Shown here piece by piece: positions 44,952-53,756 of a stretch of DNA of 64,000 nucleotides. Below the pieces are notes generated by a model. That model was not told the origin of the DNA. It did not search any database and saw only the letters and a list, made by a program, of their open reading frames with translations. Numbering within the stretch: the stretch's first letter is position 1; each line of letters begins with the position of its first letter. Source of the DNA: an uncultured Prolixibacteraceae bacterium (GTDB taxonomy: Bacteria; Bacteroidota; Bacteroidia; Bacteroidales; FEN-979); the NCBI GenBank assembly GCA_964616825.1, contig CAZTSX010000002.1:149054-213053 (forward strand). The letters run 5' to 3'. The position numbers and the translations under genes are program-made.

Positions 44952-45956
44952 ATGAAAATCGCTGTCAGCCTGATTCCCATTCTGCTCTTCCTGGCGATGT
45001 TTTTGTCGCTCGACAGCTTCCGGCTGATCAGGTGGGGGATCCTGATCGTTTGTCTCTTATGGGGAGGCGTTGCCGCCACCCTGAGCCTGGTTGGAAACAC
45101 ACTGATCACAAACCTGTTTCACATCGATTTTGATATCCTCTCACGTTATATAGCGCCACTCACTGAGGAGATTTTAAAGATGCTTCTGTTATTGTGGTTG
45201 ATTACGAAACACCGGATCGGATTTGCAATTGATGCTGCGATCTATGGGTTTACTATTGGTACCGGTTTTGCGTTTGCCGAAAACATGATCTACATCTTTC
45301 AACTCGGACCCGATCAAACCAATCTTTGGATCTGGGTTACACGGGGTTTCGGGACAGCTATCATGCATGGAGGTGTCACTGCAATTGCCGGGATCATTCT
45401 TGTGAATCGTCTTACCGACACAAGGAAGTTACTCCAGCCCTTCATCCTGGCCGTCGTTGTAGCCTATCTGTTGCACGCACTCTACAACGCCTTTTTCATT
45501 TCTCCGCTGATCTCTGCATTGATTATGATGATTCTGATCCCGGCGACATTGATCGTTGTATTCAGGCTGAGCACCGGTAATTTGAAACGATGGCTCGATA
45601 TGGGGATGGATGCCGAAGTTGAATTGTTGTTGATGATCAATAAGGGGAAGTTCAGCAAGACACGCGCCGGCAAATACCTCCTTTCTATCAAGGACCACTT
45701 CCCCCGGGAGGTGGTTGTTGACATGTATTGCTATTCAGCGCTATACCTGGAGTTATCAGTCAAAGCCAAATGCTTGCTGTTACTTAAAGAGAGCGACCTC
45801 CCCCTGCCAATGGATCCTCAAATATTGGAAAAGTTAGAGGAACTTGAACTGCTGCAAAAAAACATTGGGAAGTCGGGAATCCTGGCATTAAAACCAATCC
45901 TGCGAACAAGCCGCAGTGACCTCTGGGCCCTGACCACCCTGAAACCAAATAAATGA
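44952..45956 (+). CDS. PrsW-family intramembrane protease
   Basis: Polytopic protein with EEILK, FAFAEN and GTAIMHG motifs characteristic of PrsW. Confidence 0.75.
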   Translation: MKIAVSLIPILLFLAMFLSLDSFRLIRWGILIVCLLWGGVAATLSLVGNTLITNLFHIDFDILSRYIAPLTEEILKMLLLLWLITKHRIGFAIDAAIYGFTIGTGFAFAENMIYIFQLGPDQTNLWIWVTRGFGTAIMHGGVTAIAGIILVNRLTDTRKLLQPFILAVVVAYLLHALYNAFFISPLISALIMMILIPATLIVVFRLSTGNLKRWLDMGMDAEVELLLMINKGKFSKTRAGKYLLSIKDHFPREVVVDMYCYSALYLELSVKAKCLLLLKESDLPLPMDPQILEKLEELELLQKNIGKSGILALKPILRTSRSDLWALTTLKPNK

Positions 45957-46002
45957 AAAATTGTTGTACCTTTAATTCCTAATTACCAAAACAACCTTAA
46001 AG

Positions 46003-46569
46003 ATGGAACAATCAGAAAAGAGTTCACCTTCATTTTATGATCAGAAACCTTCCTTCTTTCAAAAATCATGGGTGAGATATAGTTTCTTTTTTCTTATCGG
46101 AGCCTGCTTTGGAATCATCCTGACATTGCTGGCAGATACCCGGCAGGAGCATCAGTTTACATCTGACGAAGATGTCAGGGGAACGGTATACAGTTCAAGT
46201 TCATTTGAGAAGATGAAACCGGCTGATGCGATCTTCTTTGATAATCCGGCCTTGAAAGCAGCCATTGATGTTCGCTATTCAACCCAGCTGGTTGAAGCTC
46301 GTCTCGATCTCTCCTCCTTATATCCGGTGAAACTGGTAGTCGAATTCGGATACAGCGATTTTCGGGTACTTAATGTGCAGAATATTACAGTCAACGATAA
46401 ATCCACTACACGTTCAGCATCCAACTACATTCAGATAGATAATGTGGGAGATAATAAATACATCATACAACTGCTGAATCGCAATAGGCTCCCGCATCAG
46501 ATTACATTCAAATTTTACCAGAACGATATGGCGGTTTATTCCAATTCAGTGGTTGTGAATAAAGAATAA
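46003..46569 (+). CDS. Hypothetical single-pass membrane protein
   Basis: One TM segment (FFFLIGACFGIILTLL) after a ~25-aa cytoplasmic tail, then a beta-rich ectodomain. No known motif. Confidence 0.6.
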   Translation: MEQSEKSSPSFYDQKPSFFQKSWVRYSFFFLIGACFGIILTLLADTRQEHQFTSDEDVRGTVYSSSSFEKMKPADAIFFDNPALKAAIDVRYSTQLVEARLDLSSLYPVKLVVEFGYSDFRVLNVQNITVNDKSTTRSASNYIQIDNVGDNKYIIQLLNRNRLPHQITFKFYQNDMAVYSNSVVVNKE

Positions 46570-46578
46570 TAAAGAAGG

Positions 46579-46616
46579 ATTGCCATATTATTGCCATTAA
46601 TTGCCATAGATTGTAC
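46579..46616. repeat. ATTGCCAT x3 (+1 degenerate copy) phased at 10-11 bp, upstream of the adenosine deaminase gene
   Basis: Copies start at 46579, 46590 and 46600, with a degenerate ATTGTAC at 46610. Confidence 0.8.
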
Positions 46617-46630
46617 AAGGACTTCGTTAG

Positions 46631-47569
46631 ATGAATGTATTTTATTCCGGTTTAACGGAGGGGAATATCCCCTTAGTTCGTTCAGTTCCCAAGGCCGACT
46701 TGCATAATCACTGTTTACTGGGTGTCAGATTGGAGAGGATGCGGACAATCTCCGGGCTGGATATTCAACCCTTTCACTACAAAGGAAACGGGATCAAGGA
46801 TATCAATCACTGGATCAGGGATCAATATGTTCCTGTGATGCACATTCCGGGAATTTTTCAGAAGCTTATTGAAGCAAGCTTTCAGCAAGCTCTCGATGAT
46901 GGGGTCACCCTGTTGGAGATGAGTATGGATGTTGCCTTCGGGCTCCTTTATAAACTTACTCCCCGGCAAATTGCAGATATCCTGAAGGAAACTCATATGC
47001 AGACAGCTCCCTCAATCACTTTCCGTCCTTGTCTGGGTTTTGTCCGCAGCGCACCTGTGAGGCAGCTTTTGAGGCTCTTTGAGCCTTACCTGGATTTGAA
47101 CTATTTCACCGCGATTGATCTGTATGACGATGAATTGAGTCAGCCGGTTCAAAACTTTCGGGAGATCTACCGTTTTGCCCGCCAGCAGGGATTCCGATGT
47201 ACTGCTCATGTCGGAGAATTTGGCTCTGCCGAAGATGTCAGGGAAGCCGTAGAAATACTCAATCTGGATGCAGTACAACATGGGATTGCTGCCGCTGCAT
47301 CACCGGAAGTCATGCATTGGCTGGCTGACCGGGAGGTTCCTCTGAATATCTGCCCTACCAGCAATCTGGTTTTACAGCGGGTGCAATCGTATGCTTCCCA
47401 TCCCATTCGGACCCTGTTTGATCACGGCGTAAAGGTAACAGTCAACACCGATGATGTAACCCTATTTAACCAGGGAGTCTCAGAAGAGTATCTGAACCTC
47501 TACCGTGCCGGTCTTTTCTCAGCCGAAGAGTTGGATGGGATCAGGGAATATTCATTGCAAGGAGCTTAG
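46631..47569 (+). CDS. Adenosine/adenine deaminase family protein
   Basis: KADLHNHC, HVGE and VNTDD metal/catalytic motifs. Confidence 0.85.
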   Translation: MNVFYSGLTEGNIPLVRSVPKADLHNHCLLGVRLERMRTISGLDIQPFHYKGNGIKDINHWIRDQYVPVMHIPGIFQKLIEASFQQALDDGVTLLEMSMDVAFGLLYKLTPRQIADILKETHMQTAPSITFRPCLGFVRSAPVRQLLRLFEPYLDLNYFTAIDLYDDELSQPVQNFREIYRFARQQGFRCTAHVGEFGSAEDVREAVEILNLDAVQHGIAAAASPEVMHWLADREVPLNICPTSNLVLQRVQSYASHPIRTLFDHGVKVTVNTDDVTLFNQGVSEEYLNLYRAGLFSAEELDGIREYSLQGA

Positions 47570-47581
47570 CGACGAAGCAAC
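47552..47581. repeat. Second copy of the 30-bp core element
   Basis: TCATTGCAAGGAGCTTAGCGACGAAGCAAC matches 24952-24981 at 27 of 30 positions. Confidence 0.85.
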
Positions 47582-50500
47582 CTCCTGAACTTAACCCTCT
47601 CTATTCCCTCTACGATCTTCCGCAGCGTGTCATGCCACAGCGTGAAATAAAGGACTATTGTCATCAGCCAGATCACGCCGAAGTTAAACCAGAAGGTGTC
47701 GATGTGCAGGCCGAACAGATTTTTGTATGGAGCGTAAAACTGAGCCCGGCCTATCCTGGATTCCGGGTCCATGAAGATCGGATCTTTCTTGCGGATCAGC
47801 TTGCCTTTTGCTTCGATTATTTTTGTAGTAGAGTTTTTATTAAGAGCGAAATCAGCCAGACTCTGATTGTAATAATTCTGCCGCATGGCATACAGCTGAT
47901 CCTGCCCCATCTCATTTACCAGCCGTTCATAAAGGCCATCACGACGTGAGGTTACCGACGAGAGACGCGAGGAGAAGTAACGACTCAGGGAGTCGAGGTA
48001 GGACACCGTTTGAACCTTAACCTCATTGGTGAACCGTTCCGGAGTAAGATCTGCCAGCCCGGGATATACTCCGAAACCTGCTGCCCGGGTTAACTTTGGG
48101 ATCTCATTGTTCAGGATCGCAAAATAATTCTTTGTTTGCTTCGGTTCCCGGTCGAGCTTCAGATTTCGCTCACAAACATCCAGCTCGGCCAGCAGAGTAG
48201 GGATTTCGAATGCTGAGAGATAGGCGTAATGGCTCATCTCTTTATCGTAAGGGTAGAAGATCTTTTCGTACCTGTTGTTTTTAAATTGCTGAACCGCTAA
48301 CGCTTCATACGACCAGCGGGAGGCCATCAGATCACCTACGACAGGAACGTTAGTCCTGGATGAGATTGCAGGATTGAGGTTATCGAACGGGACAATGGTA
48401 CCACTCAGAAGTAATTGTGGAACCAGGATAAAAGGAATAAGGATATAGATGGCTACCACCGACTTCATCCCGGAAGAGATGTTGAGCCCTACCATATTTG
48501 CAAAACAGGAGGTAGCGAAGAGAATGAGGAAGTAACTCAGCATCATTCCTTTTATCTCCAGGATCAAATTTCCAGCCAGCACAAACGACAAAGCCTGGAT
48601 AGCGGAAAGGGCAAACAACAGGGTGATCTTGGCATTGAGGTAGCTCCACCGGCTGAGGTGTAGGAAAGCTTCACGCTTCAGGATTCTTCTGTCGCGAATG
48701 ATCTCTTCCGCGCTCACCATCATCCCAAAGAAGAGAGAGACTACCACACTCATAAAGAGGTAAGCAATCAGGTTGCTGTTCATGCCGAATATATAGGTGT
48801 CGCCAGGATAGTATCGGGTAAGGATAGCAAGGATAGCTGCCAGGACAGGCGCTTCCAGGAGGTTGATCAGCAGGTATTGCTTGTTTGTGATCTTCGAGAG
48901 GAAATTCCGGGTGCCGAATAGTTGAAACTGATTGAACAGGTTAGGCACCTTGAAGTGGTGTGTTGGAAGCATCCGTTTTGCGGAAGTGATTTTCAGCTTG
49001 GGTTGAATGTTTTTCTGGAAGTGTTCATACCACTCATGAGGATTGGTTTTCCGGTTAGCGCTCAGCTTCCCATATTCGTTGATCACCTTCGCTTCAGTGA
49101 TTTGCAGAATCTGTTCGGGATTGACATATCCGCAGTTTGCACACTCACTCTCAGTTGGGTTGACGTGGCTGCTAATGGTTTTAAAGTAAGCCAGTGCATC
49201 GATCGGGTTGCCGAAGTATATGGGATAACCCCCTTTGTCAAGGATTAACAGCTTATCAAAGAGCTTGAAAATATCGGATGAGGGTTGATGGATATTGACT
49301 ACAACCAGTCTCCCCTTCAGCGTCTGCTCTTTCAGCAGTAGCATCACCATCTCAGAATCCATGGAGGAGAGGCCCGATGTGGGTTCATCGACAAAGAGGA
49401 CCGATGGCTCCCTGATCAGTTCCAACGCAATGTTAAGCCTCTTTCGTTGTCCGCCCGAAATGAACTTATTCAGCGGATCGCCTACCTTCAGGTTTTTAAT
49501 CCCTGCCAATCCGATATCGGAGAGGATCTTCATCACCGATCTTAGGATCTGACTCTTTGTGAACTCACTGAAGCAGAGTTTGGCGTTGTAATATAAGTTC
49601 TGGAATACTGTTAGCTCCTCAATCAGCAGGTCATCCTGTGGGACAAACCCGATGATCCCCTGCAACTGCTCTTTATCGTGGTGGAGGTCGTAACCGTTAA
49701 TCATGATCTTTCCACGGGTGAGGGGGAGGTTTCCGTTCATCAGGTTCAACAGGGTAGATTTTCCCACCCCACTTCCTCCCATCACTCCGATCAGTTCGCC
49801 TGAACCGGCAGTGAAGCTGAAAGGATAGATGCCGTTCGTGCTGTTTTTGAAACGGAACTCAATCTCTTCAGCGGTATATTCAATAGGAATGATCTCTTTG
49901 GTATGCAGAAATCTGGCTGCCAGGTCGGTATAATAAACGGGGCTAAGTTTTAAACTTGTTAGGATCGATCCATGGTTGAGAATGACTGAGCGGTAAGGAA
50001 CCATTTGATTCCCGTTCAGGTTGATGTCATCCTGCCCCAGGTACCTGCAGATAAAAGAGTGGATCAAAGGGAGGTAGAGGACCAGGATCTGCCCGTCGAG
50101 GTTTTCCCTGTACATCTGCTTCTGCTCCTGCGGATGCTCCTGCGAATCGATGATCAGCAGGTTATTACGGTCGAAACCGGAACGTTGCGGATCCAGGATA
50201 AAAGCCTGGCAGTTGACGGAAAGTGGTTGAGACAGGTTGAATGTTTCAGCAATGATCTGCAGGTAACCTTCTTCCTCGTTTGTGATGGGGATTGCCTCAT
50301 CCGTAGCTCTTCCATGTTCCTCCTCCAGATACTCCAGAAATTTCAGGAATACGATCACTTTATCACGTAATTGAAGCCCTTTGTTGACTTTTTGACAGAT
50401 CTCACGGACCTTTCCGGCTGTATCAGGCGCTTCCTGTGTATCATCAACAGGTTGATGGAAGAAGAGTAGTTCATCAAACAACTTTAGATACTCTTCCATC

Positions 50501-50631
50501 TCCTGGCTGCTGAGATGAGCTTTCAGAAAGGAAGCGATAATGGTACGTGTGCTTTCCGGATTGGCTTTTCTGCCAGAAGCAGCTACAAGTGCAAAGAGCT
50601 GCACCAGGGCCATTAAGATCGGTTCAGACAT
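47566..50631 (-). CDS. ABC transporter, fused ATPase + ABC-2 permease, with a ~270-aa N-terminal extension
   Basis: Walker A GGSGVGKST, signature ISGGQRKR, Walker B LFVDEPTSGL, and a C-terminal 6-TM ABC-2-type region. Confidence 0.88.
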   Translation of the reverse strand: MSEPILMALVQLFALVAASGRKANPESTRTIIASFLKAHLSSQEMEEYLKLFDELLFFHQPVDDTQEAPDTAGKVREICQKVNKGLQLRDKVIVFLKFLEYLEEEHGRATDEAIPITNEEEGYLQIIAETFNLSQPLSVNCQAFILDPQRSGFDRNNLLIIDSQEHPQEQKQMYRENLDGQILVLYLPLIHSFICRYLGQDDINLNGNQMVPYRSVILNHGSILTSLKLSPVYYTDLAARFLHTKEIIPIEYTAEEIEFRFKNSTNGIYPFSFTAGSGELIGVMGGSGVGKSTLLNLMNGNLPLTRGKIMINGYDLHHDKEQLQGIIGFVPQDDLLIEELTVFQNLYYNAKLCFSEFTKSQILRSVMKILSDIGLAGIKNLKVGDPLNKFISGGQRKRLNIALELIREPSVLFVDEPTSGLSSMDSEMVMLLLKEQTLKGRLVVVNIHQPSSDIFKLFDKLLILDKGGYPIYFGNPIDALAYFKTISSHVNPTESECANCGYVNPEQILQITEAKVINEYGKLSANRKTNPHEWYEHFQKNIQPKLKITSAKRMLPTHHFKVPNLFNQFQLFGTRNFLSKITNKQYLLINLLEAPVLAAILAILTRYYPGDTYIFGMNSNLIAYLFMSVVVSLFFGMMVSAEEIIRDRRILKREAFLHLSRWSYLNAKITLLFALSAIQALSFVLAGNLILEIKGMMLSYFLILFATSCFANMVGLNISSGMKSVVAIYILIPFILVPQLLLSGTIVPFDNLNPAISSRTNVPVVGDLMASRWSYEALAVQQFKNNRYEKIFYPYDKEMSHYAYLSAFEIPTLLAELDVCERNLKLDREPKQTKNYFAILNNEIPKLTRAAGFGVYPGLADLTPERFTNEVKVQTVSYLDSLSRYFSSRLSSVTSRRDGLYERLVNEMGQDQLYAMRQNYYNQSLADFALNKNSTTKIIEAKGKLIRKKDPIFMDPESRIGRAQFYAPYKNLFGLHIDTFWFNFGVIWLMTIVLYFTLWHDTLRKIVEGIERVKFRRLLRR

Positions 50632-50672
50632 GGTTGATGGTTTATCCCGATCAAAGATAAGGATTCTCTGAT

Positions 50673-50698
50673 AAAAAAAACGGGGCTCGAGGCCCCGT
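50673..50698 (-). terminator. Rho-independent terminator
   Basis: On the minus strand, ACGGGGCC-TCGA-GCCCCGT is followed by T8. Confidence 0.8.
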
Positions 50699-50717
50699 CA
50701 AATTCAGTCAGTTATCG

Positions 50718-51566
50718 TTATTGAATAAAGTAATTCCGGACATTTTCGATCAGATCATTGATCTCAAATGCTTTCTCTTTAGTCAGTGGTTTACCAGGCT
50801 CCTGTACAAAATCTGTGAAGACGCTTTTAAGGTTGAACATTTCGTCGTAAACAGATTTCATCACTTCGTCATTCTGATAGAGCTCCAGGATCATCATCAT
50901 CTTGCTGTAGTTGTCGGCTTGTTTGAAAATCACTTCCGAGATATGGGTATTATCTTTCGCTACGATATTTAACGAACTGGCCAGGTAAAGTCCTTCTACA
51001 AATGCACCGGAAGCGATGTAAACAGTTACCTGGTTACGGTTGTTCTTCGAGAGAAAGTCGTTTGTAGAGATGAAGATGTTGGAGACAAGGGCTACCAACG
51101 AATCCTTGTTGTTGTTGAACTCTTTCACCTTTTCAACCAGGTTGGGTTGATATACACCGGCAATGCCAAGCTCGTCAGAGAGGATACTGGTACAGACCAG
51201 GAACTTATTGGTGTTGTCAATTTGCCTGTAGGTTGCAGAATAAGCCAGATCAGCGCTATAAACTCCCAGGTTCATTGCTCTGCTTTTTTCGGTCATGTAT
51301 TTATCAACATTCTCCGGGGAGTTCGTGATGTCGAAAATATATCCTGCCTGAGCCTGTTTCAGCATTTCGGTAACTTCGAAAGGAGTAGGTAGTTCATACA
51401 GGAGGTTCCTGGCTTCAGGAGTCAGGGTCAGCTCCTGTTTGATAGAGTCTGTAGCCTCTTCATTTGCTTCCTTGTCTGTAGCTCCACCACCACAGCTAGC
51501 CAGAAAGATGATAGATACTGCCATCAGTGTGGCCAAACTAAAGAAAAAATTCCGTTTCATATTCAT
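50718..51566 (-). CDS. Helical lipoprotein of unknown function
   Basis: Lipobox FLASC. No recognisable motif. Confidence 0.7.
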   Translation of the reverse strand: MNMKRNFFFSLATLMAVSIIFLASCGGGATDKEANEEATDSIKQELTLTPEARNLLYELPTPFEVTEMLKQAQAGYIFDITNSPENVDKYMTEKSRAMNLGVYSADLAYSATYRQIDNTNKFLVCTSILSDELGIAGVYQPNLVEKVKEFNNNKDSLVALVSNIFISTNDFLSKNNRNQVTVYIASGAFVEGLYLASSLNIVAKDNTHISEVIFKQADNYSKMMMILELYQNDEVMKSVYDEMFNLKSVFTDFVQEPGKPLTKEKAFEINDLIENVRNYFIQ

Positions 51567-51636
51567 GTGTTTATGTTTTTCTGTCAGGCGAAATTAGGTG
51601 TTTTTTTCGAACTGATAAAATTTTTGTTACGATGAT

Positions 51637-52584
51637 TTAATGTCTGATCAACACTTTAATGGTATCGGGTTGAGCTGCAAACTTGAATGCTTCGACAAGT
51701 TCATCAAACGGGAAGACCTTTGTGATCATCGGCTCCACATCGATCAGTTTCTGGCTGAGCAGGCTGAGGGCCGGTTCAAACACACCACAACGACTACCGA
51801 TGATATTAAATTCATTCATCACGATCTGGTTGAGATTTAGTTTTGCCGGATTGGCTACGGTGGTTTTCAGGATCAGTTTTCCGCAAGGATAGAGGTGAGA
51901 GAGGGCTGTTTCTATCCCTTCCGGATTACCGGTGCAGTCAACACAAATCTCTGCTCTCTGATCGGCTCCTATCGCCTCTGGTAACGCGGCAGATAATCCA
52001 AGCCCCTTTGCAAATTCCACCTTCCATGGGTTAATATCATACAATGTATATTCACATCCCGATAACCGGAAGACCTGGGTGATCAACAGCCCTAATTTTC
52101 CGGCGCCAAAGATAAATACGTTATCAGTCGGTTTAATCTTGGTTTGTTCGAAGATCTCCAGCGACGCTGCAAGCGGTTCTGCAAGCACCGCAGTAGGCAT
52201 GTCCACGTTCGCCGGAATGACATGAAGGTTGGCCTCTGGTAACACAATGTAATCGGCAAAACACCCGGGATGTTCAAAAATGCCCATGACCGTCCGGTTG
52301 ATGCAATGGGTTTTTCGGCCTGTCTTGCACATATAACACTTTCCGCAAGCTATGTTGATCTCACCTACCACATCTTTCTCGAAATACTTACTCTCCTTCG
52401 AAACTACTTCTCCTGCGAATTCATGTCCGAGGATACCTTTATATCCCATGTATCCCCGGAGGATCTCCAGATCGGTATTACAGATTGAGGAATAACGAAC
52501 GCGGATCAGCGCTTCACCTTTTTTTGGAACCGGATCCGATACTTGCTGAAGGGTTAGCTGACCATCAAAAATCAGAGCTTTCAT
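51637..52584 (-). CDS. Zn-dependent alcohol/polyol dehydrogenase (MDR family)
   Basis: GHEFAGEV, structural-zinc CGKCYMCKTGRKTHC, and NAD motif GAGKLG. Confidence 0.9.
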   Translation of the reverse strand: MKALIFDGQLTLQQVSDPVPKKGEALIRVRYSSICNTDLEILRGYMGYKGILGHEFAGEVVSKESKYFEKDVVGEINIACGKCYMCKTGRKTHCINRTVMGIFEHPGCFADYIVLPEANLHVIPANVDMPTAVLAEPLAASLEIFEQTKIKPTDNVFIFGAGKLGLLITQVFRLSGCEYTLYDINPWKVEFAKGLGLSAALPEAIGADQRAEICVDCTGNPEGIETALSHLYPCGKLILKTTVANPAKLNLNQIVMNEFNIIGSRCGVFEPALSLLSQKLIDVEPMITKVFPFDELVEAFKFAAQPDTIKVLIRH

Positions 52585-52679
52585 AAAGAGTTGTTTTTCA
52601 CAAAAAAACGATTTTTTTTCAGGTTATCATAAAATTTCGGAATAAATTTACAATCTTGCTTCACATAAGCAAAAAAAAC

Positions 52680-53756
52680 ATGAAACAACCTTTCAGGGTT
52701 TTTTCAACTTTCCTGCTGGTATTGAGCTTCTTGTTACTCATTCTTAGCTGTCAGACTCCCCTTTCTCAAGAGGAAAAAGTAGACCGTCAGGATGACAGCC
52801 TCCCCGGAGATCAGTTCGATAGGTTGCAGAAAGTGATTCTCCTTCCATACTGGGTAACGACAGCACAGTTTGCGGGTTATTATGTGGGCATTGAGAAAGG
52901 AATCTTTCAGCGATATGGGATCGACCTGGAGATCATCCCATTTCAACCAACCATGTTAACTGAACAGCTTATCCGGGATCAGGAGGCCGATTTTTTTCTT
53001 CTTTGGCTGGTAAATGCCATCGAACTGAAAGCATCCGGCCTCGATATTGTCAACATCGCCCAGCTCTCTTCAAAGTCATCCCTGATGTTACTTACTAAAA
53101 AAAGCTCCGGGATTGAAACAATAGCTGATATGGATGGAAAGCGGGTTGGCATCTGGAGTGGTTATGAGTTACAACCACGAGCGCTCTTCCGGAAGCACAA
53201 CATAGATGTGAAGATTGTCCCGATAGGGAGCAGCAACAATCTTTTTCTGACTGATGGAGTAGAGATCGTCAATGCAAGCTGGTTTGATGAATACCATACG
53301 ATCATAAATAGCGGCTATAATGAAGACGAACTTGAAACCTTCTTCTTTTTTGATCATGATCTGAACTTCCTTGAAGATGGGATCTATTGCCTCCGATCCA
53401 CCCTCGAACAGGATCCGCAATTGTGTAAGCGATTTGTTGAAGCAACACTCGAAAGCTGGAAATATGTTTTTAATCACCCAAAAGAAGCGATCATGATTGT
53501 GTTGCGTGAGCAGAGGGAATTAAACATGCCGGCCAACTTCGTACATCAGCGCTGGATGCTGGACAGATACCGGGATTTATACTATATGGATCCTGAGAGC
53601 GGTATCAATACGGTTCTCCCGGAATCTGCGTACCATAATAGTGCAAAGATCCTCCAGGAAGCAGGATTGATTGGAGATATTCCTTCCTTCAGAGAATTTT
53701 ATATTTCAATTCAGTCACTGGAGCAGAAATCACCAGATACGCTAAACAGACCCTGA
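52680..53756 (+). CDS. NMT1/THI5-like periplasmic substrate-binding lipoprotein
   Basis: Lipobox ILSC and an SBP type-2 fold pattern (LLPYWVTTAQFAGYYV). Its stop overlaps the kinase start (TGATG). Confidence 0.75.
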   Translation: MKQPFRVFSTFLLVLSFLLLILSCQTPLSQEEKVDRQDDSLPGDQFDRLQKVILLPYWVTTAQFAGYYVGIEKGIFQRYGIDLEIIPFQPTMLTEQLIRDQEADFFLLWLVNAIELKASGLDIVNIAQLSSKSSLMLLTKKSSGIETIADMDGKRVGIWSGYELQPRALFRKHNIDVKIVPIGSSNNLFLTDGVEIVNASWFDEYHTIINSGYNEDELETFFFFDHDLNFLEDGIYCLRSTLEQDPQLCKRFVEATLESWKYVFNHPKEAIMIVLREQRELNMPANFVHQRWMLDRYRDLYYMDPESGINTVLPESAYHNSAKILQEAGLIGDIPSFREFYISIQSLEQKSPDTLNRP

